Shown: positions 47,224-54,772 of the stretch, piece by piece
How the letters are laid out: the number at the start of each line of letters is the position of its first letter
Position numbering within the stretch: the stretch's first letter is position 1
NCBI GenBank assembly: GCA_963717945.1
Contig: CAVQXT010000003.1
Coordinates: forward strand, 385,880 to 449,879
DNA from: an uncultured Acidobacteriota bacterium
GTDB lineage: Bacteria > Acidobacteriota > Vicinamibacteria > Vicinamibacterales > Fen-181
Length of the DNA: 64,000 nt
Reading direction: 5' to 3'
The notes under the pieces: generated by a model
Told to the model about the DNA's origin: nothing
Database searches by the model: none
The model's input: the letters and a program-made list of their open reading frames with translations, nothing else
Made by a program: the position numbers and the translations under genes

Positions 47224-49115
47224 AAGGCCTCCGCGCCCGAGAGGGGGAAGACGACCTCGATGCACGAGCCGCGCCCGACGGCGCTCTCGACCAGCCGGAC
47301 GTCGCCGCCGAAGCGGCGCATGAACCGGCGCGAGAGGAAGAGGCCGAGGCCGGTGCCGTCCGGCTTCTCGGTCCGGAACGGCTCGAACAGGTGTCGCTGG
47401 GCCTCCGGCGGAATGCCGCAGCCGTTGTCGCGCACCTGCAGGCGCACCTGCTCGCCGACGTCGACGCGCACGGCCACCCGCCCGCCGCGCCCGCCGCACG
47501 ACTCGATGGCGTTGACGAGCAGGTTCAGCACCACGTGCTGCACGACCTCGGTGTTGGCCGAGACGATGGGGATCGGGCCGCTCCGGTCGCGGACCAGCTC
47601 GACCTCCGCCGCGCGCGCGGCCGGGGCGGCGAGCGAGAGGACGCCGTCGACGACTTCGCCGAGATCGATCGGCTCGGTGGCCGGCGGGATGCCGCGGGCG
47701 AAACGCAGGAACTGCCGGGTGATCGTGCGGCACCGCATCACCTGGTCGCGAATCACCGAGGCGCTGTCGCGGATCGCCTCGAGCGTGGCGGCGTCGGGCG
47801 GGCCGTCGGCCGGGCCCGGGAGCTGGTCGAGGATCCCCTCGGCGCAGGTGAGCGTCGTGGCGAGCGGCGTGTTGACCTCGTGCGACAGGCCGGACGCCAG
47901 GATGCCCAGCGAGGACAGGCGCTCGAACTCGGCGAGATGCTCCTCACCCCGGACGCGATCGGTGATGTCGCGCCACGCCTCGACCACCTGCCCGACCGAC
48001 CCGTCCTCGGCGTAGACCGGAGACGCGTAGATCTCGTAGATGCGCTCGTCGCCGCCGTCGGACGCGGGCATGCGGTAGGTGGCCTGCGCGAGGCGCCCCG
48101 TGGACAGGCACCGCGCCGTCGGGCACTCGGGGTCGTCGCCGCAGGGCAGGACGTGGCCCGTCACGCGGCGGCACTCCTGCCCGCGCAGCGCGTCGGGATG
48201 CGCGCCGAGCCACGTGGCGATCGACCGGTTGGCCGCGACCACCTTGAAGTCCCGCCCGAGCACGATCAGGCCGTCGTCGAGGCCGTTGAGGACGCCGGAG
48301 AGCTGCTGCTCCCGGCGCTTGATCTCCTCGACCAGGCGCGAGGTCGCGTCGGCCATGGCGTTGAAGTCGGTGGCCAGCGACGCGATCGCGTCGCCGCCCG
48401 AGGTGTCGGCCCGCTCCTCGAGCGCGCCGCCGGCGATGGCGCGCGCGGTCCGCGTGAGCGCCGAGAGCCGCGAGAGGACGACCCGGCGCAGATGCCACCC
48501 CAGGCCGCCGAGCATGACCAGCGCCACGATGCCCGACCCGGCGCCGAGGCGCCAGGCGTCGCTGCGGAACTGCGCCTGCACCTGCGAGAGCGACACGTCG
48601 AGCACCATCATGCCGTTCCAGCGCGTGGCGGGGTCGTGGCAGCGGTGGCATTCCGGGCGGTTCTCGATCGGCAGCACGGTCCTGAGGACGCCGACGCCGT
48701 TCTCCTGGAAGGTGACCCAGCGCTTGCGGTCGGCCGGGCTCTCCGCGTGGCAGACCAGGCAGGTGGGCGACGACCTCGACGTGCGGACACCGACCTCGGC
48801 CGGCCGGCTCGACAGCTTGATGATCCCGTCGTGGTCGACGATCATCGCGCGCAGGACCTCGGGCTCGTGGCCGACGTCCCGGAGAATCCCGCCGATGAGC
48901 CCGGTGTCCCGCGCCAGCATGTCGTGCCGGAGGGCGGTCTCGAGGAGGCGGTTCTCGAGCTCGGCGGCGCCGCGGCGCGCGGCCACGGCGTGGTCGTACT
49001 GAAGGGCAGAGAGCAGGTAGAGGCCGCCGGCCAGCGGACCGAGCAGGAGCAGGCTCACCCCCAGCGCAATCCGGGCCGTGAGCCGCTCGACGTGGGGGAC
49101 TCGCAGGCGTCTCAT
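47220..49115 (-). CDS. sensor histidine kinase: periplasmic di-CxxCH domain, HAMP, Cys-rich PAS, HisKA, HATPase
   Basis: 631 aa.
- **Membrane topology:** two TM helices flank a periplasmic domain of about 160 aa.
- **Periplasmic domain:** contains CLVCH and CHRCH.
- **HAMP:** AIASLATDFNAMAD.
- **PAS:** carries ECRRVTGHVLPCGDDPECPTARC.
- **H-box:** SGLSHEVNTPL.
- **N/G boxes:** NLLVNAIES, DNGCGI, GTGLGL. Confidence 0.92.
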   Translation of the reverse strand: MRRLRVPHVERLTARIALGVSLLLLGPLAGGLYLLSALQYDHAVAARRGAAELENRLLETALRHDMLARDTGLIGGILRDVGHEPEVLRAMIVDHDGIIKLSSRPAEVGVRTSRSSPTCLVCHAESPADRKRWVTFQENGVGVLRTVLPIENRPECHRCHDPATRWNGMMVLDVSLSQVQAQFRSDAWRLGAGSGIVALVMLGGLGWHLRRVVLSRLSALTRTARAIAGGALEERADTSGGDAIASLATDFNAMADATSRLVEEIKRREQQLSGVLNGLDDGLIVLGRDFKVVAANRSIATWLGAHPDALRGQECRRVTGHVLPCGDDPECPTARCLSTGRLAQATYRMPASDGGDERIYEIYASPVYAEDGSVGQVVEAWRDITDRVRGEEHLAEFERLSSLGILASGLSHEVNTPLATTLTCAEGILDQLPGPADGPPDAATLEAIRDSASVIRDQVMRCRTITRQFLRFARGIPPATEPIDLGEVVDGVLSLAAPAARAAEVELVRDRSGPIPIVSANTEVVQHVVLNLLVNAIESCGGRGGRVAVRVDVGEQVRLQVRDNGCGIPPEAQRHLFEPFRTEKPDGTGLGLFLSRRFMRRFGGDVRLVESAVGRGSCIEVVFPLSGAEAL

Positions 49116-49245
49116 CGACCCCGGCCGCCTCCTGCGCCCGCGCAGATGTCAGTGTTGAGCCAAAACCAGTCTAGCAGGATCGCCGCAAATGGCCGCCGGC
49201 GAGGCCCCTCGACCCCGGCGAAGCCCGTCAATGGCGACCCTTGGA

Positions 49246-49294
49246 CTGACAGTTGTGTCATGTCGCGACAACGGTTACTCTGTCATCCATGACA
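49246..49294. promoter_or_regulatory. cluster of three overlapping or adjacent palindromes (candidate enhancer sites) upstream of the decaheme operon
   Basis: - CTGACAG-TT-GTGTCAT at 49246-49261.
- TGTCATGTCGCGACA at 49256-49270.
- TGTCA-TCCA-TGACA at 49281-49294.
- They lie 134-182 nt upstream of the sigma-54 promoter at 49428. Confidence 0.5.
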
Positions 49295-49427
49295 TGCCGG
49301 CGGCAGGCCCGGCTCGTCTTGTCATCGGGCTTCACCCGCGCCCGGGCGTGCGAACCCGTTGACCATCCTTCGCAAATCACACCTTTTCATGCAGCGCCCG
49401 TGCCCGGTCGTCCGGGGCAGCCCGCGA

Positions 49428-49442
49428 GGAACGGGGATTGCT
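49428..49442 (+). promoter_or_regulatory. sigma-54 (-24/-12) promoter
   Basis: AGGAACG-GGGA-TTGCT against the consensus TGGCACG-N4-TTGCW, with correct GG/GC spacing. It ends 73 nt upstream of the ATG at 49515. Confidence 0.65.
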
Positions 49443-49514
49443 CGAACGGCAGACCGGGCCCTCACCGGCCCCGAGGCCTGACGCGTCTCGCGCGGCCTGA
49501 ACCCGGAGAACGAC

Positions 49515-50492
49515 ATGGTGCGCTTGTCCCGGTTGGGAAGCCTGTCGGCATTCATGCTCATGTGGGCCGCCGCGGCCGCCGCGCAGCAGGGCGGGGCGGT
49601 CAAGGCCGCCCTGGCGGCTGACGAGGTCTGCACCGCGTGCCACAACGAGACGTGGGCGAAGCCGATCCTCGCGATCTACCAGACGCCACACGGCAACAGG
49701 GCCGACCCGCGAACGCCGGGCTGTCGGACCTGTCACGGCCCGAGCGAGGGCCACCTGAGCGACTTCAACACGTCACCCGACGTCGTGTTCGGCGCGGCGT
49801 CGAAGCGGCTGTCGCCGGCCGCCAAGCGCAACGCCTCGTGCCTCGCGTGCCACGACTCGAAGGTGCTGGCGCGGACCAACTGGATCGGCAGCCAGCACGA
49901 GAGCCATGGCGTGGCCTGCACCAGCTGCCACAACATCCACGCGCCCGATCAGAAAGTCCTCGTCAGGGCCACACAGGCGGAGGTCTGCTACGCCTGTCAC
50001 AAGGCCCAGCGCGCGCAGGTCCGCCGCATCTCGGCCCACCCGCTCGCGGTGACCGGCATCGGCAGCCCGCCGAAGATGGTCTGCTCGGACTGCCACAACC
50101 CTCACGGCTCGACCGGCCCCCAGCTTCTCGTCAAGAACACGGTGAACGAGACCTGCTACACGTGCCACGCCGAGAAGCGCGGCCCGTTCCTCTGGGAGCA
50201 CAGCCCGGTCGTGGACAGCTGCGTGAACTGCCACACGCCGCACGGCTCGACCAACGCGGCGCTGCTGAAGGTGCGCGCGCCCTTCCTGTGCCAGGAGTGT
50301 CACAGCGGGGATCACGCCGCGCAGATCAACAGCGGCGCCAACCTCGGCACCGGGGCCGTGACCACGGTCAACGGCGTGCAGCAGCCGGCCGCCGCCGCGC
50401 CGCGGGCGCAGCTCGCCGCCCGCGCCTGCCTGAACTGCCACGTGCTCATTCACGGGTCGAATCACCCGGCGGGGGCCAAGTTCCAGCGCTGA
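49515..50492 (+). CDS. periplasmic decaheme c-type cytochrome, MtrA/DmsE/MtoA/PioA family
   Basis: 325 aa with a signal peptide. Exactly ten CxxCH motifs are present: CTACH, CRTCH, CLACH, CTSCH, CYACH, CSDCH, CYTCH, CVNCH, CQECH, CLNCH. Both the spacing and the size are typical of MtrA-type cytochromes. Confidence 0.9.
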   Translation: MVRLSRLGSLSAFMLMWAAAAAAQQGGAVKAALAADEVCTACHNETWAKPILAIYQTPHGNRADPRTPGCRTCHGPSEGHLSDFNTSPDVVFGAASKRLSPAAKRNASCLACHDSKVLARTNWIGSQHESHGVACTSCHNIHAPDQKVLVRATQAEVCYACHKAQRAQVRRISAHPLAVTGIGSPPKMVCSDCHNPHGSTGPQLLVKNTVNETCYTCHAEKRGPFLWEHSPVVDSCVNCHTPHGSTNAALLKVRAPFLCQECHSGDHAAQINSGANLGTGAVTTVNGVQQPAAAAPRAQLAARACLNCHVLIHGSNHPAGAKFQR

Positions 50493-50496
50493 GCGC

Positions 50497-53238
50497 ATGG
50501 AACCTGGAACGACGAGTATGACCATCAACGCGAACACAATCGGTGCGCGGATCCAGACGATGGCCGCGCGATGGCTGCTTGCCGCGGCGATGATTGTCGC
50601 GGCCGCCGGCCAGGCTGCCGCGCAGGGCGCGGCCCCGCCCGCCGCGCAGGCGGCGAGCCAGCCTGCCGCGCCGAGCGCGAGCGACCTCACCAGGCCCGCC
50701 AGCACCGTGGAGGTCGGCGCGGGAGGCGTGAGCGACGGGTCCTACAAGGCGGGCGAGTACAACGGCCTGCAGAAGCAGGGCGGCTTCTTCATCGGCGATT
50801 TCGACATTCGCGGCGGAGGGGCCTACGACAGCGGCGACGCCACGCGGTACCGCGTCAAGGGCACCGACCTCGGCCTCTCGACGCGCAGCTTCAGCGCGGA
50901 CTACGGCGTGCAGGGCTCCTTCCGCCTGACGTTCGGCTTCAGCGAACTGCGCGCGAACCGGTCCGACAGCTACCAGACGCCCTACAACGGCGCCGGCACC
51001 GACGCGCTGACGCTGCCGGCGACCTGGCTGGTCCCCACGGTGGCGGGGTCCTCCTCCTCCAACAACGCCGTCAACACCACGAGCGCGAGAGGCCTCGTCC
51101 CGTCGATCGCCCTCGCGCCGTACATCGACACCCAGGCCGGGTCACCGACGATCGGCACGCTCATCACGCCCAACGCGACCCAGACCTCGCTCGTCAACGC
51201 CGCGGTCGCGGCCGACCTGCCGCTGTTCCACGGGTTCGGGGTGTACACCACCCGCAAACGCTTCGACGCGGGCTTCAGCCTCAACGTCGGCACCGAGTGG
51301 ACGATCGACGCGACGTTCACGCCCGAGCGCAAGAGCGGGACGAAACTGATGGGGACGGTGTCTCGAACGACGGGCGGCGACATCTCCACCGTGATCCCCG
51401 ACAGGATCGACAGCGGCACCGACCAGATCGGCCTGAACGTCACCTACAGGCACGGGAAGGGCGTCTTCCAGGGCGGCTACTACGGCTCGTTCTTCACCAA
51501 CAACGTCCCCTTCATGTCGTGGCAGAACTGGGCGACGTCGGCGTTCACGACCAACACGATGAGCAGCGCGCCGAGCAACAGCTTCAACCAGATCAACGGG
51601 TCCGCCGCGTACGCCCTCACGCGCACGACGAAGCTGACGGCCTTCGGCGCCTACGGCCGCAATACGCAGGACGACAAGTTCCTCACCGACGCCAGCACGC
51701 CGGTCGTCCCGGTCAACTCGCTCAACGGCCTCGTCGTCAGCTCCGCGTTCAACGTGAAGCTCACCAGCCGGCCCGCCAGGAAGCTGAACCTGACGGCGGC
51801 CTACAAGTTCGACAATCGCGACAACCGCACGGCGATCAACATCTTCCAGTATGCGGACGCCAGCGAGTCGGCTTCGGTGAACGCCAACTTCCCGGCCGGC
51901 CCGACCAACCCGCTCGGCGCGGTCCTCGCCCAGAACGCCAACGCCAATCGGCCCTACAGCAGGAGGCTGAACCAGTTCTCGGGTGAAGCCGACTACGCCC
52001 TGGCGCCCGGGCAGCACGTCACGGCCGGCTACCAGTTCCAGCGGGTCAGCCGCGACTGCCCCGGCTCGTGGATTTCCTGCGCGGATGCCGGGACCACCAA
52101 CGAGCACACCCTCCGCGCCGAGTGGCGGGCCACCGCCGGATCCGCCTGGACCGGCAGGCTCGCCTATGAGTACTCGCAGCGCCGGTCGCCGGACTACAAC
52201 GAGGACGCGTTCCTCGCGCTGGTTCCCTACGCGAGCGTGATCCCGGCCGGGCAGACGATGTCGGCCGTGGAGGCGCTGAACACGTACGGGCTGACCGGCT
52301 ACGGTCCGGTGCAGGGTTACAACGGCGGCGTGTTCGTGAACGGCACCTTCTTCCCGAACAACAACGCCCTCTCGAACAGCCTCTACGCGAACAACAACCG
52401 GATCAGCGAGCTCATCGGCATGCGGCGGTACTACGTCTCCGACCGGAACCGCAACAAGCTGCGCGCCGCGGTCACCTGGATGGCGACCGACGCGTTCACG
52501 CTCCAGGCGGGGCTCGACTACAACAAGGACTCCTACCCGGGCGCGACGTACGGCCTGCAGCGGTCCGACACCTGGGCGGCCAACGTGGACGGGTCGTACG
52601 CGCTCGGCGACAAGGTCAGCGTGGACGTGTACTACACGCTCGAGGCGCTCGGCAACGGCACCGCCGGGAACAGCTACACGGCCAACAGCAACACGGCCGG
52701 CGTCAACGGCTTCACGGCGCTGTCGGGCAACGCGTGCGACGGCTACACGACGCTGCAACAGCGCAACAACAACAACAAGCTCGACCCCTGCCTGAACTGG
52801 TTCACCGACATGGCCGACCGCGTGCACACCGTGGGCGTCGGGCTGAGGGGGAGAATCCAGAAGCTGGACGTGACGGCCAACGTCATGACGAGCCGGGCCA
52901 GCAGCACCAACAACGTCAGCGGCGGGAACTGGGCGAACAACCCGCTGGCGCTCGCCGGCGCGCCCGCCGGGACGGTTGCCGCCTTCTTCATCCCCGCGGC
53001 GGCGATGCCCGCCGTGACCGCGCACGTGTCGGAGATTCGCGTGAACGCGACCTACCCGGTCGCCAAGGGGCAGTCGCTCCGCCTGCTGTATTCCTACATG
53101 CGCACCAACTCGGCGGACTGGCTCTACGAGGGGACGGAGATGGGGCTGGGGACGCCGAGCGGCGTGCTGCCGACAAACGAGCAGCCGTTCGACTTCGCCG
53201 TGCACGTCTTCGCGGTGTCGTACATCGTGCGCTTCTAA
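50497..53238 (+). CDS. MtrB/PioB-family outer-membrane beta-barrel (decaheme-associated porin)
   Basis: Starts 4 nt after the decaheme gene. It has a signal-like MAARWLLAAAMIVAAAGQAAAQ and the N-terminal GVSDGSYKAGEYNGLQKQGGFFIGDFDIRGGG signature. The body is rich in alternating beta-strands with Tyr/Asn/Gly, and the terminal sequence is ...FAVSYIVRF with a C-terminal Phe. The start is uncertain (50497, 50518 or 50560). Confidence 0.8.
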   Translation: MEPGTTSMTINANTIGARIQTMAARWLLAAAMIVAAAGQAAAQGAAPPAAQAASQPAAPSASDLTRPASTVEVGAGGVSDGSYKAGEYNGLQKQGGFFIGDFDIRGGGAYDSGDATRYRVKGTDLGLSTRSFSADYGVQGSFRLTFGFSELRANRSDSYQTPYNGAGTDALTLPATWLVPTVAGSSSSNNAVNTTSARGLVPSIALAPYIDTQAGSPTIGTLITPNATQTSLVNAAVAADLPLFHGFGVYTTRKRFDAGFSLNVGTEWTIDATFTPERKSGTKLMGTVSRTTGGDISTVIPDRIDSGTDQIGLNVTYRHGKGVFQGGYYGSFFTNNVPFMSWQNWATSAFTTNTMSSAPSNSFNQINGSAAYALTRTTKLTAFGAYGRNTQDDKFLTDASTPVVPVNSLNGLVVSSAFNVKLTSRPARKLNLTAAYKFDNRDNRTAINIFQYADASESASVNANFPAGPTNPLGAVLAQNANANRPYSRRLNQFSGEADYALAPGQHVTAGYQFQRVSRDCPGSWISCADAGTTNEHTLRAEWRATAGSAWTGRLAYEYSQRRSPDYNEDAFLALVPYASVIPAGQTMSAVEALNTYGLTGYGPVQGYNGGVFVNGTFFPNNNALSNSLYANNNRISELIGMRRYYVSDRNRNKLRAAVTWMATDAFTLQAGLDYNKDSYPGATYGLQRSDTWAANVDGSYALGDKVSVDVYYTLEALGNGTAGNSYTANSNTAGVNGFTALSGNACDGYTTLQQRNNNNKLDPCLNWFTDMADRVHTVGVGLRGRIQKLDVTANVMTSRASSTNNVSGGNWANNPLALAGAPAGTVAAFFIPAAAMPAVTAHVSEIRVNATYPVAKGQSLRLLYSYMRTNSADWLYEGTEMGLGTPSGVLPTNEQPFDFAVHVFAVSYIVRF

Positions 53239-53240
53239 TG

Positions 53241-53298
53241 GATCGGGACGAATTTCAGTTTGTGCCACCGATGGCAGATTCCGAAATTCGTCCCGATC
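53241..53298. terminator. 16-bp perfect inverted repeat with nested 5-bp hairpin after the barrel gene
   Basis: GATCGGGACGAATTTC (53241-53256) pairs with GAAATTCGTCCCGATC (53283-53298). The loop contains TGCCA-ccga-TGGCA. It starts 3 nt after the TAA stop. Confidence 0.55.
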
Positions 53299-53313
53299 GA
53301 ATTCCCCCGGCCT

Positions 53314-53364
53314 TGAGCCCTGAGCCCTGAGCCGCCCTGGCCAGAGCCTCGAGCCTCGGGCCTA
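53314..53364. repeat. heptamer arrays (TGAGCCC x2, TGAGCCG ... GAGCCTC x2, GGGCCTA)
   Basis: Read directly. The arrays lie between convergent genes and run into the cytochrome c stop codon. Confidence 0.8.
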
Positions 53365-53703
53365 CTTCGCCGCCTTGAGCGTCTGCAGGTAGGCCACCAC
53401 CGCGTCGATGTCGCCCGGCTGCCACGCCACCTTCGGCATCTTGATCTTCTCGTTGGGGAATTCCTTCAGGGGGTCGGCCAGGATCGACTTGATCTTGGCG
53501 GCGTCGAGGCGGTCGGTGACGCCGTCGAGCGGCTTGCCGATCTTGCCGCCCTTGCCCGCGACAAGGTGACACATCGAGCAGTGGTTCTTGACCGCCAGTT
53601 CCTGGCCCTTGGCCACGGCCTTGGCGTCCTGGGCTGCCGCGTAGCCGGACAGCGCCACGGTACACACGACGGCGAGAAGCGTGAAGGAAGTACGTTGTGC
53701 CAT
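53362..53703 (-). CDS. monoheme class I c-type cytochrome, periplasmic
   Basis: 113 aa. Signal peptide MAQRTSFTLLAVVCTVALSGYAAA, a single CSMCH, and a distal Met candidate in KIKMPK. Confidence 0.9.
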   Translation of the reverse strand: MAQRTSFTLLAVVCTVALSGYAAAQDAKAVAKGQELAVKNHCSMCHLVAGKGGKIGKPLDGVTDRLDAAKIKSILADPLKEFPNEKIKMPKVAWQPGDIDAVVAYLQTLKAAK

Positions 53704-53822
53704 CGGCTCATCCTGTTGAGGTCGGACCCGGGCGGTCGCGCGTCACGAGCGGGGCCGCGCCCTGGTCCGGTGGTGCCGGCCCCGATGGCATGACTGCAAA
53801 TCCCGGGCCGGTGCCGGCTTCC

Positions 53823-53949
53823 GGCTCCAGGCTTCAGGCTCTCGGCCTTGCCGCACGAGCCCTCGCATCTGAAGGGCAGGGGTTCCAGCATTTCCGGCAG
53901 TGTGACACCCGTGACGCCGCCGAAAGTCGAGAGCCGAAAGCCGAGAGCC
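53823..53949. repeat. two complementary heptamer arrays (GGCTCCA GGCTTCA GGCTCTC GGCCTTG ... GAGAGCC GAAAGCC GAGAGCC)
   Basis: The arrays lie at 53823-53850 and 53929-53949. GGCTCTCGGC (53837-53846) is perfectly complementary to GCCGAGAGCC (53940-53949). They sit in the divergent region between the cytochrome c gene and aqpZ. Confidence 0.7.
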
Positions 53950-54033
53950 TCGTGTGGCGGAACTGATTGACGTGTGGCCAAAAGGTCGCCAGAATCCCCG
54001 CGTCGGGTCCTAGCGACCACAAAGGAGGATGTC

Positions 54034-54759
54034 ATGCCCATGTCACGGCGCGCGCTGGCTGAGTTTGTGGGGACCTTCTGGCTCGTCTTCGGTGGGTGCG
54101 GCAGCGCCGTGCTGGCCGCTGGGTTTCCGGGCTTCGGCATCGGCTTCACCGGCGTGGCGCTGGCCTTCGGCCTGACGCTGCTGACGATGGCCTTTGCGAT
54201 CGGACATATCTCCGGGTGTCACATCAATCCCGCGGTGACGGTCGGACTGGTCGTCGGCAAGCGGTTCCCCGCTTCCGAGCTGCTGCCATACGTCGTCGCA
54301 CAGGTAGCGGGCGCCATCGTGGCGTCGCTCGCGCTGTACTTCATCGCGAGCGGGTCGGCGGGGTTCAGCCTGGCCGGCGGCTTCGCCTCGAACGGGTACG
54401 GCGCGCACTCGCCGGGCCAGTACTCGCTGGCGGCGTGCCTGCTCGCCGAGGTCCTGCTGACGTTCATGTTCCTCTTCGTGATCCTCGGCGCGACCGACGC
54501 GCGCGCGCCGAAGGGGTTCGCGCCGATCGCCATCGGGTTGTGCCTGACGCTCATCCACCTCATCGGGATCCCGGTGACCAACCTGTCGGTGAACCCCGCA
54601 CGAAGCACCGGCCCGGCGGTCATCGTGGGCGGCTGGGCGATCCAGCAACTCTGGCTCTTCTGGGTGGCGCCGATCGTCGGGGCCGCGCTCGCGGGCCTGG
54701 CCTACCCGCTGGTGGCCGAGGCGCCGGCGCACGAGAAGGCCGAGGCCAAGGCGGCGTAG
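54034..54759 (+). CDS. aqpZ: aquaporin Z
   Basis: The ATG at 54034 is preceded by AAGGAGGA. Contains [19 protein letters not shown] and two NPA boxes (HINPAVT, SVNPARS). Confidence 0.95.
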   Translation: MPMSRRALAEFVGTFWLVFGGCGSAVLAAGFPGFGIGFTGVALAFGLTLLTMAFAIGHISGCHINPAVTVGLVVGKRFPASELLPYVVAQVAGAIVASLALYFIASGSAGFSLAGGFASNGYGAHSPGQYSLAACLLAEVLLTFMFLFVILGATDARAPKGFAPIAIGLCLTLIHLIGIPVTNLSVNPARSTGPAVIVGGWAIQQLWLFWVAPIVGAALAGLAYPLVAEAPAHEKAEAKAA

Positions 54760-54772
54760 TGCAGGGCGGCCG

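Noticed and set aside
51142-53268. 708-aa ORF antisense to the MtrB/PioB-like gene, and the +1 ORFs 50571-51986 and 52734-53330.
   Set aside because: These are Arg/Gly/Val-rich shadow frames. The barrel frame shows amphipathic beta-strand periodicity and a C-terminal Phe.
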